Source of the DNA: a virus
Taxonomy: Duplodnaviria > Caudoviricetes
Virus record (IMG/VR): IMGVR_UViG_3300025270_000010
Span: 1,666-65,665 of that record
Direction: 5' to 3' (one strand)
DNA length: 64,000 nucleotides
The position numbers were made by a program, and so were the translations under genes. The notes beneath the pieces are model-generated. The model was not told where the DNA came from and searched no databases. It was given only the letters and a program-made list of their open reading frames with translations. Below, piece after piece: positions 1-7,779 of the stretch; positions within the stretch are counted from its first letter, which is position 1, and the number at the start of each line of letters is the position of its first letter.

Positions 1-3
1 CTT

Positions 4-276
4 GTGCTGGTCGAGTGCCATGTCCTCCTGCTGGACGGCAACGGCAAGACCATCGTCGATACGGATGATCGCAAGGTTGACCGTCGCAAGGTGCAAGGGG
101 TCTGGGTTGTCGAGGGCTACCAAGCCAAGGCTGACCAGCAGTTCAAGTGGGATCGCGACCATGACCTGAGCATAGGTGTCCCCGAGAAGTGGGCTGGCGT
201 CAAGCTGGTGGACATTCCGGCGGACGAACTCGATGACTTCATCGCTTGGGTCCACGAGAAGCGGCCCCAGAAATAA
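4..276 (+). CDS. hypothetical early protein (may be 5'-truncated by the window edge)
   Basis: 90-aa ORF with the same codon style as neighbouring early genes; its stop lies inside the A-rich element of the next promoter. Confidence 0.7.
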   Translation: MLVECHVLLLDGNGKTIVDTDDRKVDRRKVQGVWVVEGYQAKADQQFKWDRDHDLSIGVPEKWAGVKLVDIPADELDDFIAWVHEKRPQK

Positions 277-290
277 ATTAAGAAAAGCTG

Positions 291-319
291 TTGACAAACC
301 GCAACCCATCTGCTATACT
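291..319 (+). promoter_or_regulatory. sigma70-type promoter, leaderless
   Basis: TTGACA(291-296)-17 nt-TATACT(314-319), TG extended -10, A-rich tract upstream, ATG 6 nt after the -10. Confidence 0.9.
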
Positions 320-325
320 TCTACC

Positions 326-664
326 ATGCCCATTCCCAACGATTCCTTCCGCAACTCCTGCATCGTCAATGACTGCTTCGGCGGTCGCGCCCCACTCGAA
401 ACCATCTTCGAAGCTCTCGCGGCCAAGGGGATATTCACCACCGACAAGAACGGTAACATCACCGAGGTTGATGGATTCAAGGTGGACGTTTCGCCGAATG
501 GCTACAGCGCCTCCTTTCTTTCGGCCACGCCTCGCCGCCGTGACGGCGTTTCCTCCGGCGGGACCGTCAGGCTGGAGAACTACCTCACTCCCGAGGAGAT
601 CGCCGCCGCCCTGAACGAGGACAAGCACCGCGCTGCAACCCGCAAATCCCTCACCGTTTCCTAA
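326..664 (+). CDS. hypothetical early protein (112 aa, MPIPNDS...)
   Basis: Start moved from the track's 176 to ATG326, which directly follows the promoter. Confidence 0.8.
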   Translation: MPIPNDSFRNSCIVNDCFGGRAPLETIFEALAAKGIFTTDKNGNITEVDGFKVDVSPNGYSASFLSATPRRRDGVSSGGTVRLENYLTPEEIAAALNEDKHRAATRKSLTVS

Positions 665-690
665 GCCCAGAAATAAATCAATAAAACATC

Positions 691-719
691 TTGACAAATC
701 AACCCCAACCTGCTTAGAT
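691..719 (+). promoter_or_regulatory. sigma70-type promoter, leaderless
   Basis: TTGACA(691-696)-17 nt-TTAGAT (weak -10) with TG extension, A-rich upstream tract, ATG at 726. Confidence 0.7.
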
Positions 720-725
720 ACCACC

Positions 726-1367
726 ATGCTCAAGTTCAATTCCATCATCTCCGCCTCCGGCAAAGCCCACGCCGGATTCACTTCCAAGTTCGCAACCGAT
801 GCCGAGGCCGCCGCTGCCCTCTTCGCTGACCCCGAGGCCAGTTCCTTTGGCCGCGACCTCGCCGCTAAATTCAACAAGTGGGGGAACCTCTCCGAGGCTC
901 GCCGCTTCTGGCTCCACCGAGTCGCCACTCCCGAGGCTCAGGCCCCGCCTGTCGAGGTCGATGCCTCCGCCATCGAGGCGATCTTTGCCACCGCTTCGGC
1001 CAAGCTGAAGTTTCCCAAGTTCATCCTGACTCGTGGTCCCGTCACCCTGAAGGTGGCGAAGGCCGGACCTCGGTCCAAGCACCACGGGTCCATCACGGTG
1101 GCCGCGCCGGAGTTCGGTGCTGGTTGGTTTGGCACCATCAAGGACGGTGCCTTCCATCCCTCCCGAGGTGCGACCCCCGAGGTTGTCCAGTTGGTGAAGG
1201 ACTTCGCCGCTGACCCCGCCAAGGTGGCGGCGGAACACGGTCACGCCTCCGGCAACTGCTGCTTCTGTCGGAAGGAGTTGACCACTACCGAGAGCCTGCA
1301 CGTTGGCTACGGTCCCACTTGCGCCGAGCACTACGGTCTCCCGTGGGGCAAGGTCGCCGCCGCTTAA
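726..1367 (+). CDS. DUF6011-like zinc-finger protein
   Basis: C-terminal GNCCFCRKELTTTESLHVGYGPTCA matches the CxxC..LT..S...G.GP.CA pattern of DUF6011. Confidence 0.75.
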   Translation: MLKFNSIISASGKAHAGFTSKFATDAEAAAALFADPEASSFGRDLAAKFNKWGNLSEARRFWLHRVATPEAQAPPVEVDASAIEAIFATASAKLKFPKFILTRGPVTLKVAKAGPRSKHHGSITVAAPEFGAGWFGTIKDGAFHPSRGATPEVVQLVKDFAADPAKVAAEHGHASGNCCFCRKELTTTESLHVGYGPTCAEHYGLPWGKVAAA

Positions 1368-1395
1368 CCCCAGAATTATTTACCCACTTACCATC

Positions 1396-1623
1396 ATGCC
1401 TGATTCCCACGACCCCACCCCGTATCTTGAGATCAAGACCGAGGAACTCGTCGCCGTGATCGACTCACTCGACCGCATCGTCGATGAACTCCAGACCGAG
1501 GGCGCTTACCTGAACGGTCTCGTGCCTGACCTTGAGGAGGCCACTCGCAAGTTGTCCGGCCTCTACAGTGAGGGCCTGTTGGCCGCTGTTCAGAGGGCCG
1601 TGCCTTTCAAGTTCAGAAAATAA
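1396..1623 (+). CDS. hypothetical acidic protein (75 aa)
   Basis: ATG1396 in the CCATCATG context; fills the gap between flanking genes. Confidence 0.7.
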   Translation: MPDSHDPTPYLEIKTEELVAVIDSLDRIVDELQTEGAYLNGLVPDLEEATRKLSGLYSEGLLAAVQRAVPFKFRK

Positions 1624-1636
1624 ATCAAGAAAACAT

Positions 1637-1665
1637 TTGACAACTTAACGTCTATCTGCTACACT
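1637..1665 (+). promoter_or_regulatory. sigma70-type promoter, leaderless
   Basis: TTGACA(1637-1642)-17 nt-TACACT(1660-1665), ATG1672 6 nt later. Confidence 0.9.
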
Positions 1666-1671
1666 ACTACC

Positions 1672-2874
1672 ATGCTCGAAACGCTACCATCACTCAGCTT
1701 CTCCCGAGTCGGAGAGGCCGCCACCTTCGCGGATCGCTCCGGCTCGGTCCTCGCAGTCGGTGGCCCCACCGGAAACGGCAAGTCCTCGTCCGGCAAGGAG
1801 GTTGCCAAGGAACTCGGCATCCCTGCTCAGTTCATCTCGTGGGCTGATGCCCGTGACCCGAACCACGAAGGCGGGATCGTCACCTTCAATTGTGCCGGAG
1901 TCCACGAGGAGACTGCCCGTGGCATCCAAGTCCCCCACCACGAGGGCAACGGTGACTACCGTTCGGTCAGCATCAAGCCCGAGGAGGCTCCGGTCTGGGA
2001 GACCGTGGGCGACAAGCCTATCCTCGTCATTCTGGAGGAGTGGCAGGCCGCGAGTGGTCAGATCAAGCAGGCATACCGTCCTGCTCTCTACGCACCGGAC
2101 GGTCAGGACAGATACATTGGGGTCCACCGTGTCGGTCCTAACGTGAGATTCATGATCACGTTTAACGGTCGCCTCGACGATGTCGAGAACGGGCGGGAAC
2201 TCTCTCAGCCTGACGCTGCACGGTGCAGCCAGTATCGGTTCGAGCTTTCGATTGGGGACTTCCTCAACCACACTGCCCCCACCTTCAAGGCCAGTCCTAT
2301 CTGGGCCTACCTGAATTTCTTCCGCCAAGGTGTAGAGACTCAGGGCGAGGGACTCAACCCGTGGACGGGCAAGATCAAGGGCGAGGACAAGCCGTCCCGC
2401 TACACTGGTGGGGCCGTGTGCTCTGGCCGGACATGGGAAGGCGTGATGAGGATGTTCCCCACTTGGGATTCCATTGCGGATACTGAAACCTTTTCCCTGC
2501 ACGCTGCATCCCGCATCCCCGCTCCCGTAGTTGAGGATATGGTCAGCCTGATCAAGACCGTGCTGGAGGTGGGGCCGGAGGTGACCGAGATCCGCGAGGG
2601 ACGCAAGTCCCTAGCCGATATCCCCCAGCACCAGCACCCCGCGCTGGCCTTCGCCGCCGCTCGCATCGCTCTGAACGAGGGCGGGAAGGACTACCCTGCT
2701 GCCATCAGTTCCGGCCAGTGGGACTGGGCCTTCGATCTCTTCGAGGGATGCAGCCCCGAGCTTGGTGCGTGGGTGTTCTCTACCCTCGCCGCTCACACTC
2801 AGCCCGAGGGAGACGGGGACAACCCCATCATGTTCCACGCCTCCGCCCAACGTCTCAAGGGACTGGTTTCCTAG
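1672..2874 (+). CDS. AAA+ ATPase (MoxR/CbbQ-like)
   Basis: Walker A GPTGNGKSS, Walker B-like ILVILEE, sensor N (ITFN), arginine-finger region DAARC; next to a vWA gene. Confidence 0.8.
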   Translation: MLETLPSLSFSRVGEAATFADRSGSVLAVGGPTGNGKSSSGKEVAKELGIPAQFISWADARDPNHEGGIVTFNCAGVHEETARGIQVPHHEGNGDYRSVSIKPEEAPVWETVGDKPILVILEEWQAASGQIKQAYRPALYAPDGQDRYIGVHRVGPNVRFMITFNGRLDDVENGRELSQPDAARCSQYRFELSIGDFLNHTAPTFKASPIWAYLNFFRQGVETQGEGLNPWTGKIKGEDKPSRYTGGAVCSGRTWEGVMRMFPTWDSIADTETFSLHAASRIPAPVVEDMVSLIKTVLEVGPEVTEIREGRKSLADIPQHQHPALAFAAARIALNEGGKDYPAAISSGQWDWAFDLFEGCSPELGAWVFSTLAAHTQPEGDGDNPIMFHASAQRLKGLVS

Positions 2875-2899
2875 CCCTAGAAATAAATTAAGAAAAGTC

Positions 2900-2928
2900 T
2901 TTACAACTTACCAACCATCTGCTACACT
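2900..2928 (+). promoter_or_regulatory. sigma70-type promoter, leaderless
   Basis: TTTACA-17 nt-TACACT, ATG2935 6 nt later. Confidence 0.85.
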
Positions 2929-2934
2929 ACCACC

Positions 2935-3873
2935 ATGCTCGAAATCAAATCTTCCTCCCTCCGCTCCCTCATAGAAATCTGCCTCGGCACCCCGAGCTAT
3001 GTCATCTGTGGGACCAACGCCAACGCCAAGAAAGTCCTCCTCGATCAGGTCTCCCCTGAAGAGAGGGCCGGACTGAAGCGCCTCCTCGGAGCCAGCACCC
3101 GCTTCCTCCCTGCCACCGACACTGCCATTGGCAACGCTCGGTCCTTCGTCAACCAGTTCAAGAAGGACATTGTGGCGGGTGACCCTAAGCGGGGCTACCG
3201 TGGGCTGGCCAAGACTGGTCGCCCGAACACCTACCTCTGCCGAGTGCAGGACTTCGACAGGTTCGAGGAGATCTTCAGATCCTACAAGCCGCGCATCGAC
3301 AAGTGCAACGATACTATCCGCGACCAGTGGGAGTCCCTCAAGGAGAGGGGCAAGGAGGAGATGCTCGTGTTCGGGGAGGGCTATGAATACCCCACCGTGG
3401 ATCGCTTCCTCCGCCGCTCCGAACTGAGCTTCGAGATCGAGACCACTATCTCGAATAGTAAAATCTTCGATACCGTGCTGGCCGAGACGGTCCAACGGAT
3501 CAAGGCCAAGGCCGAGGAGTCCGCCAAGAACAAGGTGCTCGCCGCTCACGCCAAGCCAGCCGAGGCTCTGCTCAGTGCCTTGGGAGTGTGCATCACGAGG
3601 CTCATCTCCGCTGACGGGAAGACCGAGGACGGGAAGAAGAGAAGGCTCCGCCCCGAGAAGTTCAGGGCTGTTGAGAAGCTCGTCGCCGAGGTCCGGTGCA
3701 AGAACTTCCTCGACCTCCCCGAACTGGAGACCGCCGCCTCCACTGCTGCCAGCCTCGTCGAGGGACTCGACGTTGTCGGTCTCGACCCCGCCGAGCGCAA
3801 GGAGAAGGCCGAGGAGTTCACCAAGGTGACCTCCGCCATCGAGGACAAGCTCGCCGCGAGTGGGCTGGCCTAA
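2935..3873 (+). CDS. DUF3150-like helical protein
   Basis: 312 aa with a YEYPTVDRFLRRSELSF segment resembling DUF3150; lies between an AAA+ ATPase and a vWA-peptidase, the usual neighbourhood of that family. Confidence 0.6.
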   Translation: MLEIKSSSLRSLIEICLGTPSYVICGTNANAKKVLLDQVSPEERAGLKRLLGASTRFLPATDTAIGNARSFVNQFKKDIVAGDPKRGYRGLAKTGRPNTYLCRVQDFDRFEEIFRSYKPRIDKCNDTIRDQWESLKERGKEEMLVFGEGYEYPTVDRFLRRSELSFEIETTISNSKIFDTVLAETVQRIKAKAEESAKNKVLAAHAKPAEALLSALGVCITRLISADGKTEDGKKRRLRPEKFRAVEKLVAEVRCKNFLDLPELETAASTAASLVEGLDVVGLDPAERKEKAEEFTKVTSAIEDKLAASGLA

Positions 3874-3892
3874 AAAAACTTTAAGAAAATAC

Positions 3893-3921
3893 TTTACAAA
3901 TCACCAACCATCTGCTACACT
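3893..3921 (+). promoter_or_regulatory. sigma70-type promoter, leaderless
   Basis: TTTACA-17 nt-TACACT, ATG3928 6 nt later. Confidence 0.85.
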
Positions 3922-3927
3922 ACCATC

Positions 3928-5481
3928 ATGCCCACCACTTCACCATTCATCGACCTTCGCCCAAGGGGAACCACTCCCCTTGAGGTCGGAGTCCGAGACG
4001 GCCACCGCTGGTGTGGGTTCCTTTTCCGAGCGGCCCTGCGAGGTCTCAAGCTGGATCTCAACTGCGACTACGGTCAGACTGACGGTCGCCATGGCTTCTA
4101 TAACGAACCCGTCCTGAACAAACTGACCCCCGCCAAGGCCGCCTACGTAGTCGGTCACGAGTGTGGTCACATCTCGCTGAACCACATCGAGAGGTTCGCC
4201 CGATATAAGGGAGCTAAGATTTTCTGGAATGGCAAGGTCTGGTCCGCCGCCAACGTGGCGAGCGATGTGATCATCAACCCGTGGCTCCGCGAACTCAACG
4301 AGGGCGCTCGTCAGGAGATGATCAACGCCGGACTCACTCCCTACGATGTGATGGTTCCACTCGGTGACATCCTCATCGACATCCCTGAACTCTACGATAC
4401 GCGGGACAAAATCCTCTGCCCTAACACGGGCCTCTGGATAACCAACCCGAACAAGGAAGACCTGTCCTCCGAGCAACTCATCGAGAAGATCCTCAAGACT
4501 CACCCCGTCCCCCCGATCAACGTCGGTGGTGGTAGTGGTGGCGACGAGGAGCAGTCCGACGAGGAAGGCGAAGAGGCTGGTGGCTCCGGCTCCGGCACCC
4601 CGAACCCTGACTCCGGCGACGAGGCTGATGAGCAGGGCGGCGGTGGCTCCGGCTCCGGCGACGATACTTTTGACGGTGATTCTTCGGGCAATGGTGAAGC
4701 CTCGTCCTCTGACGAAAGTGCAGGGGGCGGGGCAACCGTCGGAGAGTTCGGTGGAGGTCACGATGATTTCCGTGAGCCTGAGCTGGAGGACGGCGAGACC
4801 CTTGAGGAATTCCACGAGGCCAACCGTGCCGAGGCCAAGCAGGCTGTCTACGAGGACCGTGTCAACGAGGCCAAGGGACTCGGAGGTGGCGAAGGCCAGT
4901 TCGCATCAAGCGACCTGAACCGAACCACGAACCGTGTCCCGTGGACCGAGCACCTTGCCAACTGGTTTCAGACCCGCTCCGAGGAGGGGTTGGACCGCCC
5001 GTTCTGCCACCGCGCCTTCGACCGCAACGGTATCGTCCGCCGCGCTCGTGGGTCCAAGGTCGCAGGGGAGCTTGTGTTCCTCGTCGATACCTCCGGCTCC
5101 AACGTGGACAAGATGGGTCCAATGCTCGACAAGGTGCAGGAGGTGCTCGACCAGTTCCAGCCCCGCCTCACCCACGTTGTGCCAGTGGACCGGACAGTCC
5201 ACGAGACCTATGAGGTGGACGCTGGTGGGCAGCTCCCCGATACCCTCGGCGGTGGCGGCGGCACTCTCTTCAAGCCAGCCTTCGACTGGGCCGAGGAGAA
5301 CGCACCCAACGCGGACGGGATCATCTACCTGACTGACGGCTACACTTGGGAGCACGATTGGAACGCACTGGTCGAACCCAACTGCCCCGTGCTGTGGCTC
5401 TGCTTCGGCTACCACTCCCCCGAGGACATCGGTGTTACCTGCTACCACTTCGGGGAGCGGGTTGCCATCAACGTAGGATAA
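3928..5481 (+). CDS. DUF2201-like metallopeptidase + vWA domain protein
   Basis: HECGH (HExxH), A.D..IN motif, acidic Gly/Ser linker, complete MIDAS (DTSGS, GGGT, LTDG). Confidence 0.85.
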   Translation: MPTTSPFIDLRPRGTTPLEVGVRDGHRWCGFLFRAALRGLKLDLNCDYGQTDGRHGFYNEPVLNKLTPAKAAYVVGHECGHISLNHIERFARYKGAKIFWNGKVWSAANVASDVIINPWLRELNEGARQEMINAGLTPYDVMVPLGDILIDIPELYDTRDKILCPNTGLWITNPNKEDLSSEQLIEKILKTHPVPPINVGGGSGGDEEQSDEEGEEAGGSGSGTPNPDSGDEADEQGGGGSGSGDDTFDGDSSGNGEASSSDESAGGGATVGEFGGGHDDFREPELEDGETLEEFHEANRAEAKQAVYEDRVNEAKGLGGGEGQFASSDLNRTTNRVPWTEHLANWFQTRSEEGLDRPFCHRAFDRNGIVRRARGSKVAGELVFLVDTSGSNVDKMGPMLDKVQEVLDQFQPRLTHVVPVDRTVHETYEVDAGGQLPDTLGGGGGTLFKPAFDWAEENAPNADGIIYLTDGYTWEHDWNALVEPNCPVLWLCFGYHSPEDIGVTCYHFGERVAINVG

Positions 5482-5487
5482 CCTGCC

Positions 5488-5673
5488 ATGAAAACAATCC
5501 AACTCTCCCTCTCCGACGCGGCCTTCCGCAAGATCAAGAATGAAGTCTTTTGCGCCGTGCTAAGTCAGAATGCCTCCGGCCCTCACGCCGCATGGAAACT
5601 GGTGCTCGACGCAATGGAGCGCGGAGACACTGAGAAGTTAATTGAAACAAGAGAGGAAAAAGAAAACGCATGA
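5488..5673 (+). CDS. hypothetical protein
   Basis: 61-aa ORF tightly packed after the vWA gene; ATGA overlap with the next gene. Confidence 0.65.
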   Translation: MKTIQLSLSDAAFRKIKNEVFCAVLSQNASGPHAAWKLVLDAMERGDTEKLIETREEKENA

Positions 5674-5987
5674 GAGATTTAATTCAGACAATGTGGCTGC
5701 GACTGTTCGTGTTAGCAGCAGGCAAGATGGGCTTCCGGCTCATCTCCCCCTACGAGAAGGACATGGTTGTCCATGTTGCCATCTCCGAGTCCGCCCTGCT
5801 CTCCTCCATGCGCGACTACATCGCCGAGTATGAGGTGGACATGGAGCAACGTAGAAAGAAAGCATTCGCTGAAGCGGAGACTGTGATCCTGTCTGCCGAG
5901 GAGGAAGAGGAAGAAGAGAAGTGGACGAAGGAAGACTGGGAAGACTGGAGAGCCGACGACCACATCAACGATGGGGAGAAGGCTTAA
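5670..5987 (+). CDS. hypothetical acidic protein
   Basis: 105-aa ORF, translationally coupled to the previous gene. Confidence 0.7.
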   Translation: MRDLIQTMWLRLFVLAAGKMGFRLISPYEKDMVVHVAISESALLSSMRDYIAEYEVDMEQRRKKAFAEAETVILSAEEEEEEEKWTKEDWEDWRADDHINDGEKA

Positions 5988-5989
5988 CC

Positions 5990-6049
5990 CAAAAATAAAA
6001 TCTCCACTTAACGCCCGCCTAATTTATTTGCAGAAAGTTGTTGACTAAA
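5990..6049 (+). repeat. ~60-bp promoter-containing direct repeat, copy 1 (copy 2 at 7694-7753)
   Basis: CAAAAATAAAATCTCCACTTAACGCCCGC(C/T)TAATTTATTTGCAGAAAGTTGTTGACTAAA is present twice with one mismatch. Confidence 0.9.
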
Positions 6050-6069
6050 TCCTTCCCTTGTGTTATAGT
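6041..6069 (+). promoter_or_regulatory. sigma70-type promoter
   Basis: TTGACT-17 nt-TATAGT, ATG6079 9 nt later. Confidence 0.8.
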
Positions 6070-6078
6070 ATCCCCACG

Positions 6079-6312
6079 ATGAAAGCAAAACAAATCACCG
6101 TCTCCCTGTCCATCGTCTCTCGTGCGAGCGACCGCGCCACCTACCGCTTCCTGCGCCTCGATTTCGAGCCCGACAAGGTTACTGGCAAGATCAAGGCACC
6201 TTCGGGACGGGAGCTTTCCCGCAAGATCGAGAAGCGGGTGGGAGATATTCTGGAGAGTGCTGAAGTCAAGGAACTGAATACCTACAGGGAGAACACCGTC
6301 ACCATTCGATAG
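6079..6312 (+). CDS. hypothetical basic protein (77 aa)
   Basis: ATG6079 follows the promoter. Confidence 0.7.
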   Translation: MKAKQITVSLSIVSRASDRATYRFLRLDFEPDKVTGKIKAPSGRELSRKIEKRVGDILESAEVKELNTYRENTVTIR

Positions 6313-6314
6313 CT

Positions 6315-6512
6315 ATGCCGAGCATCCACCAAAGCATCACCGACCTCTTCGAGGCTGCCCGTCCCAAGGGACCGAGGCCCGAGGTAGTTGCCCGAGTCCT
6401 ACAAGACATCAAGGACTCCCTTCACGATGGACCGCGAGACTACGCTGACTTCGACGCCCATCAAATCGCAAAAGAAATCGACGAACTGGAAAGAGAAAAC
6501 CATGAGGTCTAA
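6315..6512 (+). CDS. hypothetical protein
   Basis: 65-aa ORF in a packed array. Confidence 0.65.
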   Translation: MPSIHQSITDLFEAARPKGPRPEVVARVLQDIKDSLHDGPRDYADFDAHQIAKEIDELERENHEV

Positions 6513-6723
6513 AGAAATAGAACTACAAGTAGCAACCGTCCGCATGGCGCTGGATGACAACTCACCATTCAAGGGGATGATAGACTTGCGGAGCCTTGAG
6601 AACCTGCCTGTTGAAGATGCCCGTGAAGTATGGGAAGCAATGGGGGAGGAGCTACAAGAAAAGTTTAACGCCACTTACCGCCGTGAAGATCAAACGCAAA
6701 CCACTCCCGACGACCTCCCTTGA
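6502..6723 (+). CDS. hypothetical protein (73 aa)
   Basis: ATG6502 overlaps the end of the previous gene. Confidence 0.6.
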   Translation: MRSKEIELQVATVRMALDDNSPFKGMIDLRSLENLPVEDAREVWEAMGEELQEKFNATYRREDQTQTTPDDLP

Positions 6724-6733
6724 GAAGAGGAAC

Positions 6734-6835
6734 ATGGCCCGTCACGCCATGCCCCCTCCAACCTCACGCCACCGAGACCAGAAGAAACATGCGCGGAAGA
6801 CCGCGTGTCGCAAACCAACCAACAACCAATCCTGA
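6734..6835 (+). CDS. small basic peptide (33 aa)
   Basis: MARHAMPP...KKHARKTACRK fills the gap; the next ATG follows 2 nt after its stop. Confidence 0.4.
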   Translation: MARHAMPPPTSRHRDQKKHARKTACRKPTNNQS

Positions 6836-6837
6836 TC

Positions 6838-7302
6838 ATGCAGTTCCAACCCGAGTTCCTTTCCATCAGCATCACCCTCGACCTTCGCGCCCACACGGAC
6901 GCGAGTGTATCGGACATAATCTCTGACAATATGTTAGCGGCTGTCAAGGATGCGGGGTTCTGTATGCATGACGAAAAGTTTCAGGAGTCCGAGCGCGGCA
7001 CTGTGAACTTCGACCTGATCGTCCGCCCTGATCGGTGTGACGTTGAGGGCTGCGACTGTGCCTCCCCCCGTGGCGAGCGATACGTCTCGGCGCAAGACGT
7101 TGTAGACCTGACCCACTCCATCGGCAACGTCGAGGAGGTGACCTACTTTGAGGTCTCGGCTACCAGCAAGCTGCTTGAAGCTGATCGCAGGGGCAACTCT
7201 GTCCAAGTGGACGAGAGGTGGTGGGAAGATTTCAAGGGCCTGAACATCTGCCTCAAGGAGGACGATGAGGGTAACGAGAAAAAGGAACTTCTACTTAACT
7301 GA
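6838..7302 (+). CDS. hypothetical protein (154 aa)
   Basis: Acidic ORF with a CDVEGCDC segment. Confidence 0.7.
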   Translation: MQFQPEFLSISITLDLRAHTDASVSDIISDNMLAAVKDAGFCMHDEKFQESERGTVNFDLIVRPDRCDVEGCDCASPRGERYVSAQDVVDLTHSIGNVEEVTYFEVSATSKLLEADRRGNSVQVDERWWEDFKGLNICLKEDDEGNEKKELLLN

Positions 7303-7305
7303 TCC

Positions 7306-7398
7306 ATGTCAACGGCAACCCTCTTCCTGATCCTTGTCCCCCTCACCCTACTGATTATCCTCCGGCGGAAACGCACAGAAACTACCAAGAACCAATGA
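7306..7398 (+). CDS. small single-pass membrane peptide (30 aa)
   Basis: MSTATLFLILVPLTLLIILRRKRTETTKNQ; ATGA overlap with the next gene. Confidence 0.55.
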   Translation: MSTATLFLILVPLTLLIILRRKRTETTKNQ

Positions 7399-7691
7399 AC
7401 GAATTCAGAACAGATACTGGCCGCATCGATGCAACCAAGTTAACTATGGAAGATGTGGTGGATATCATCAACATCTTCAAACCACACATCGATGTCTTCA
7501 TGGGGACGCGTAAGGATGTGATGGCACACATCGAGAAAGTGGACGGTCGCTTCTCGGACGCGTGTCCTTCACATATGGAAGGCCCAGTTAACTATCAACT
7601 CTCTTGCGAACTCAATGCTGAAGAACCAGCAAACCTGAACGGCCCCACAATCCAGTTGAATCTGGAGTGTGTGAACTGGGGCCATGAGTAA
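7395..7691 (+). CDS. hypothetical protein
   Basis: 98-aa ORF in the early array. Confidence 0.65.
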   Translation: MNEFRTDTGRIDATKLTMEDVVDIINIFKPHIDVFMGTRKDVMAHIEKVDGRFSDACPSHMEGPVNYQLSCELNAEEPANLNGPTIQLNLECVNWGHE

Positions 7692-7693
7692 CT

Positions 7694-7753
7694 CAAAAAT
7701 AAAATCTCCACTTAACGCCCGCTTAATTTATTTGCAGAAAGTTGTTGACTAAA
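7694..7753 (+). repeat. ~60-bp promoter-containing direct repeat, copy 2
   Basis: Near-identical to 5990-6049. Confidence 0.9.
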
Positions 7754-7773
7754 CTCTACCCATAGAATATACT
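7745..7773 (+). promoter_or_regulatory. sigma70-type promoter, leaderless
   Basis: TTGACT-17 nt-TATACT, ATG7780 6 nt later. Confidence 0.9.
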
Positions 7774-7779
7774 ACCCAC

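Noticed and set aside
278-5502. Long minus-strand ORFs opposite the early genes (e.g. 278-928, 714-1331, 1690-2502, 3940-4815)
   Set aside because: Shadow ORFs from GC-rich codon bias; the plus-strand genes have promoters and recognisable motifs
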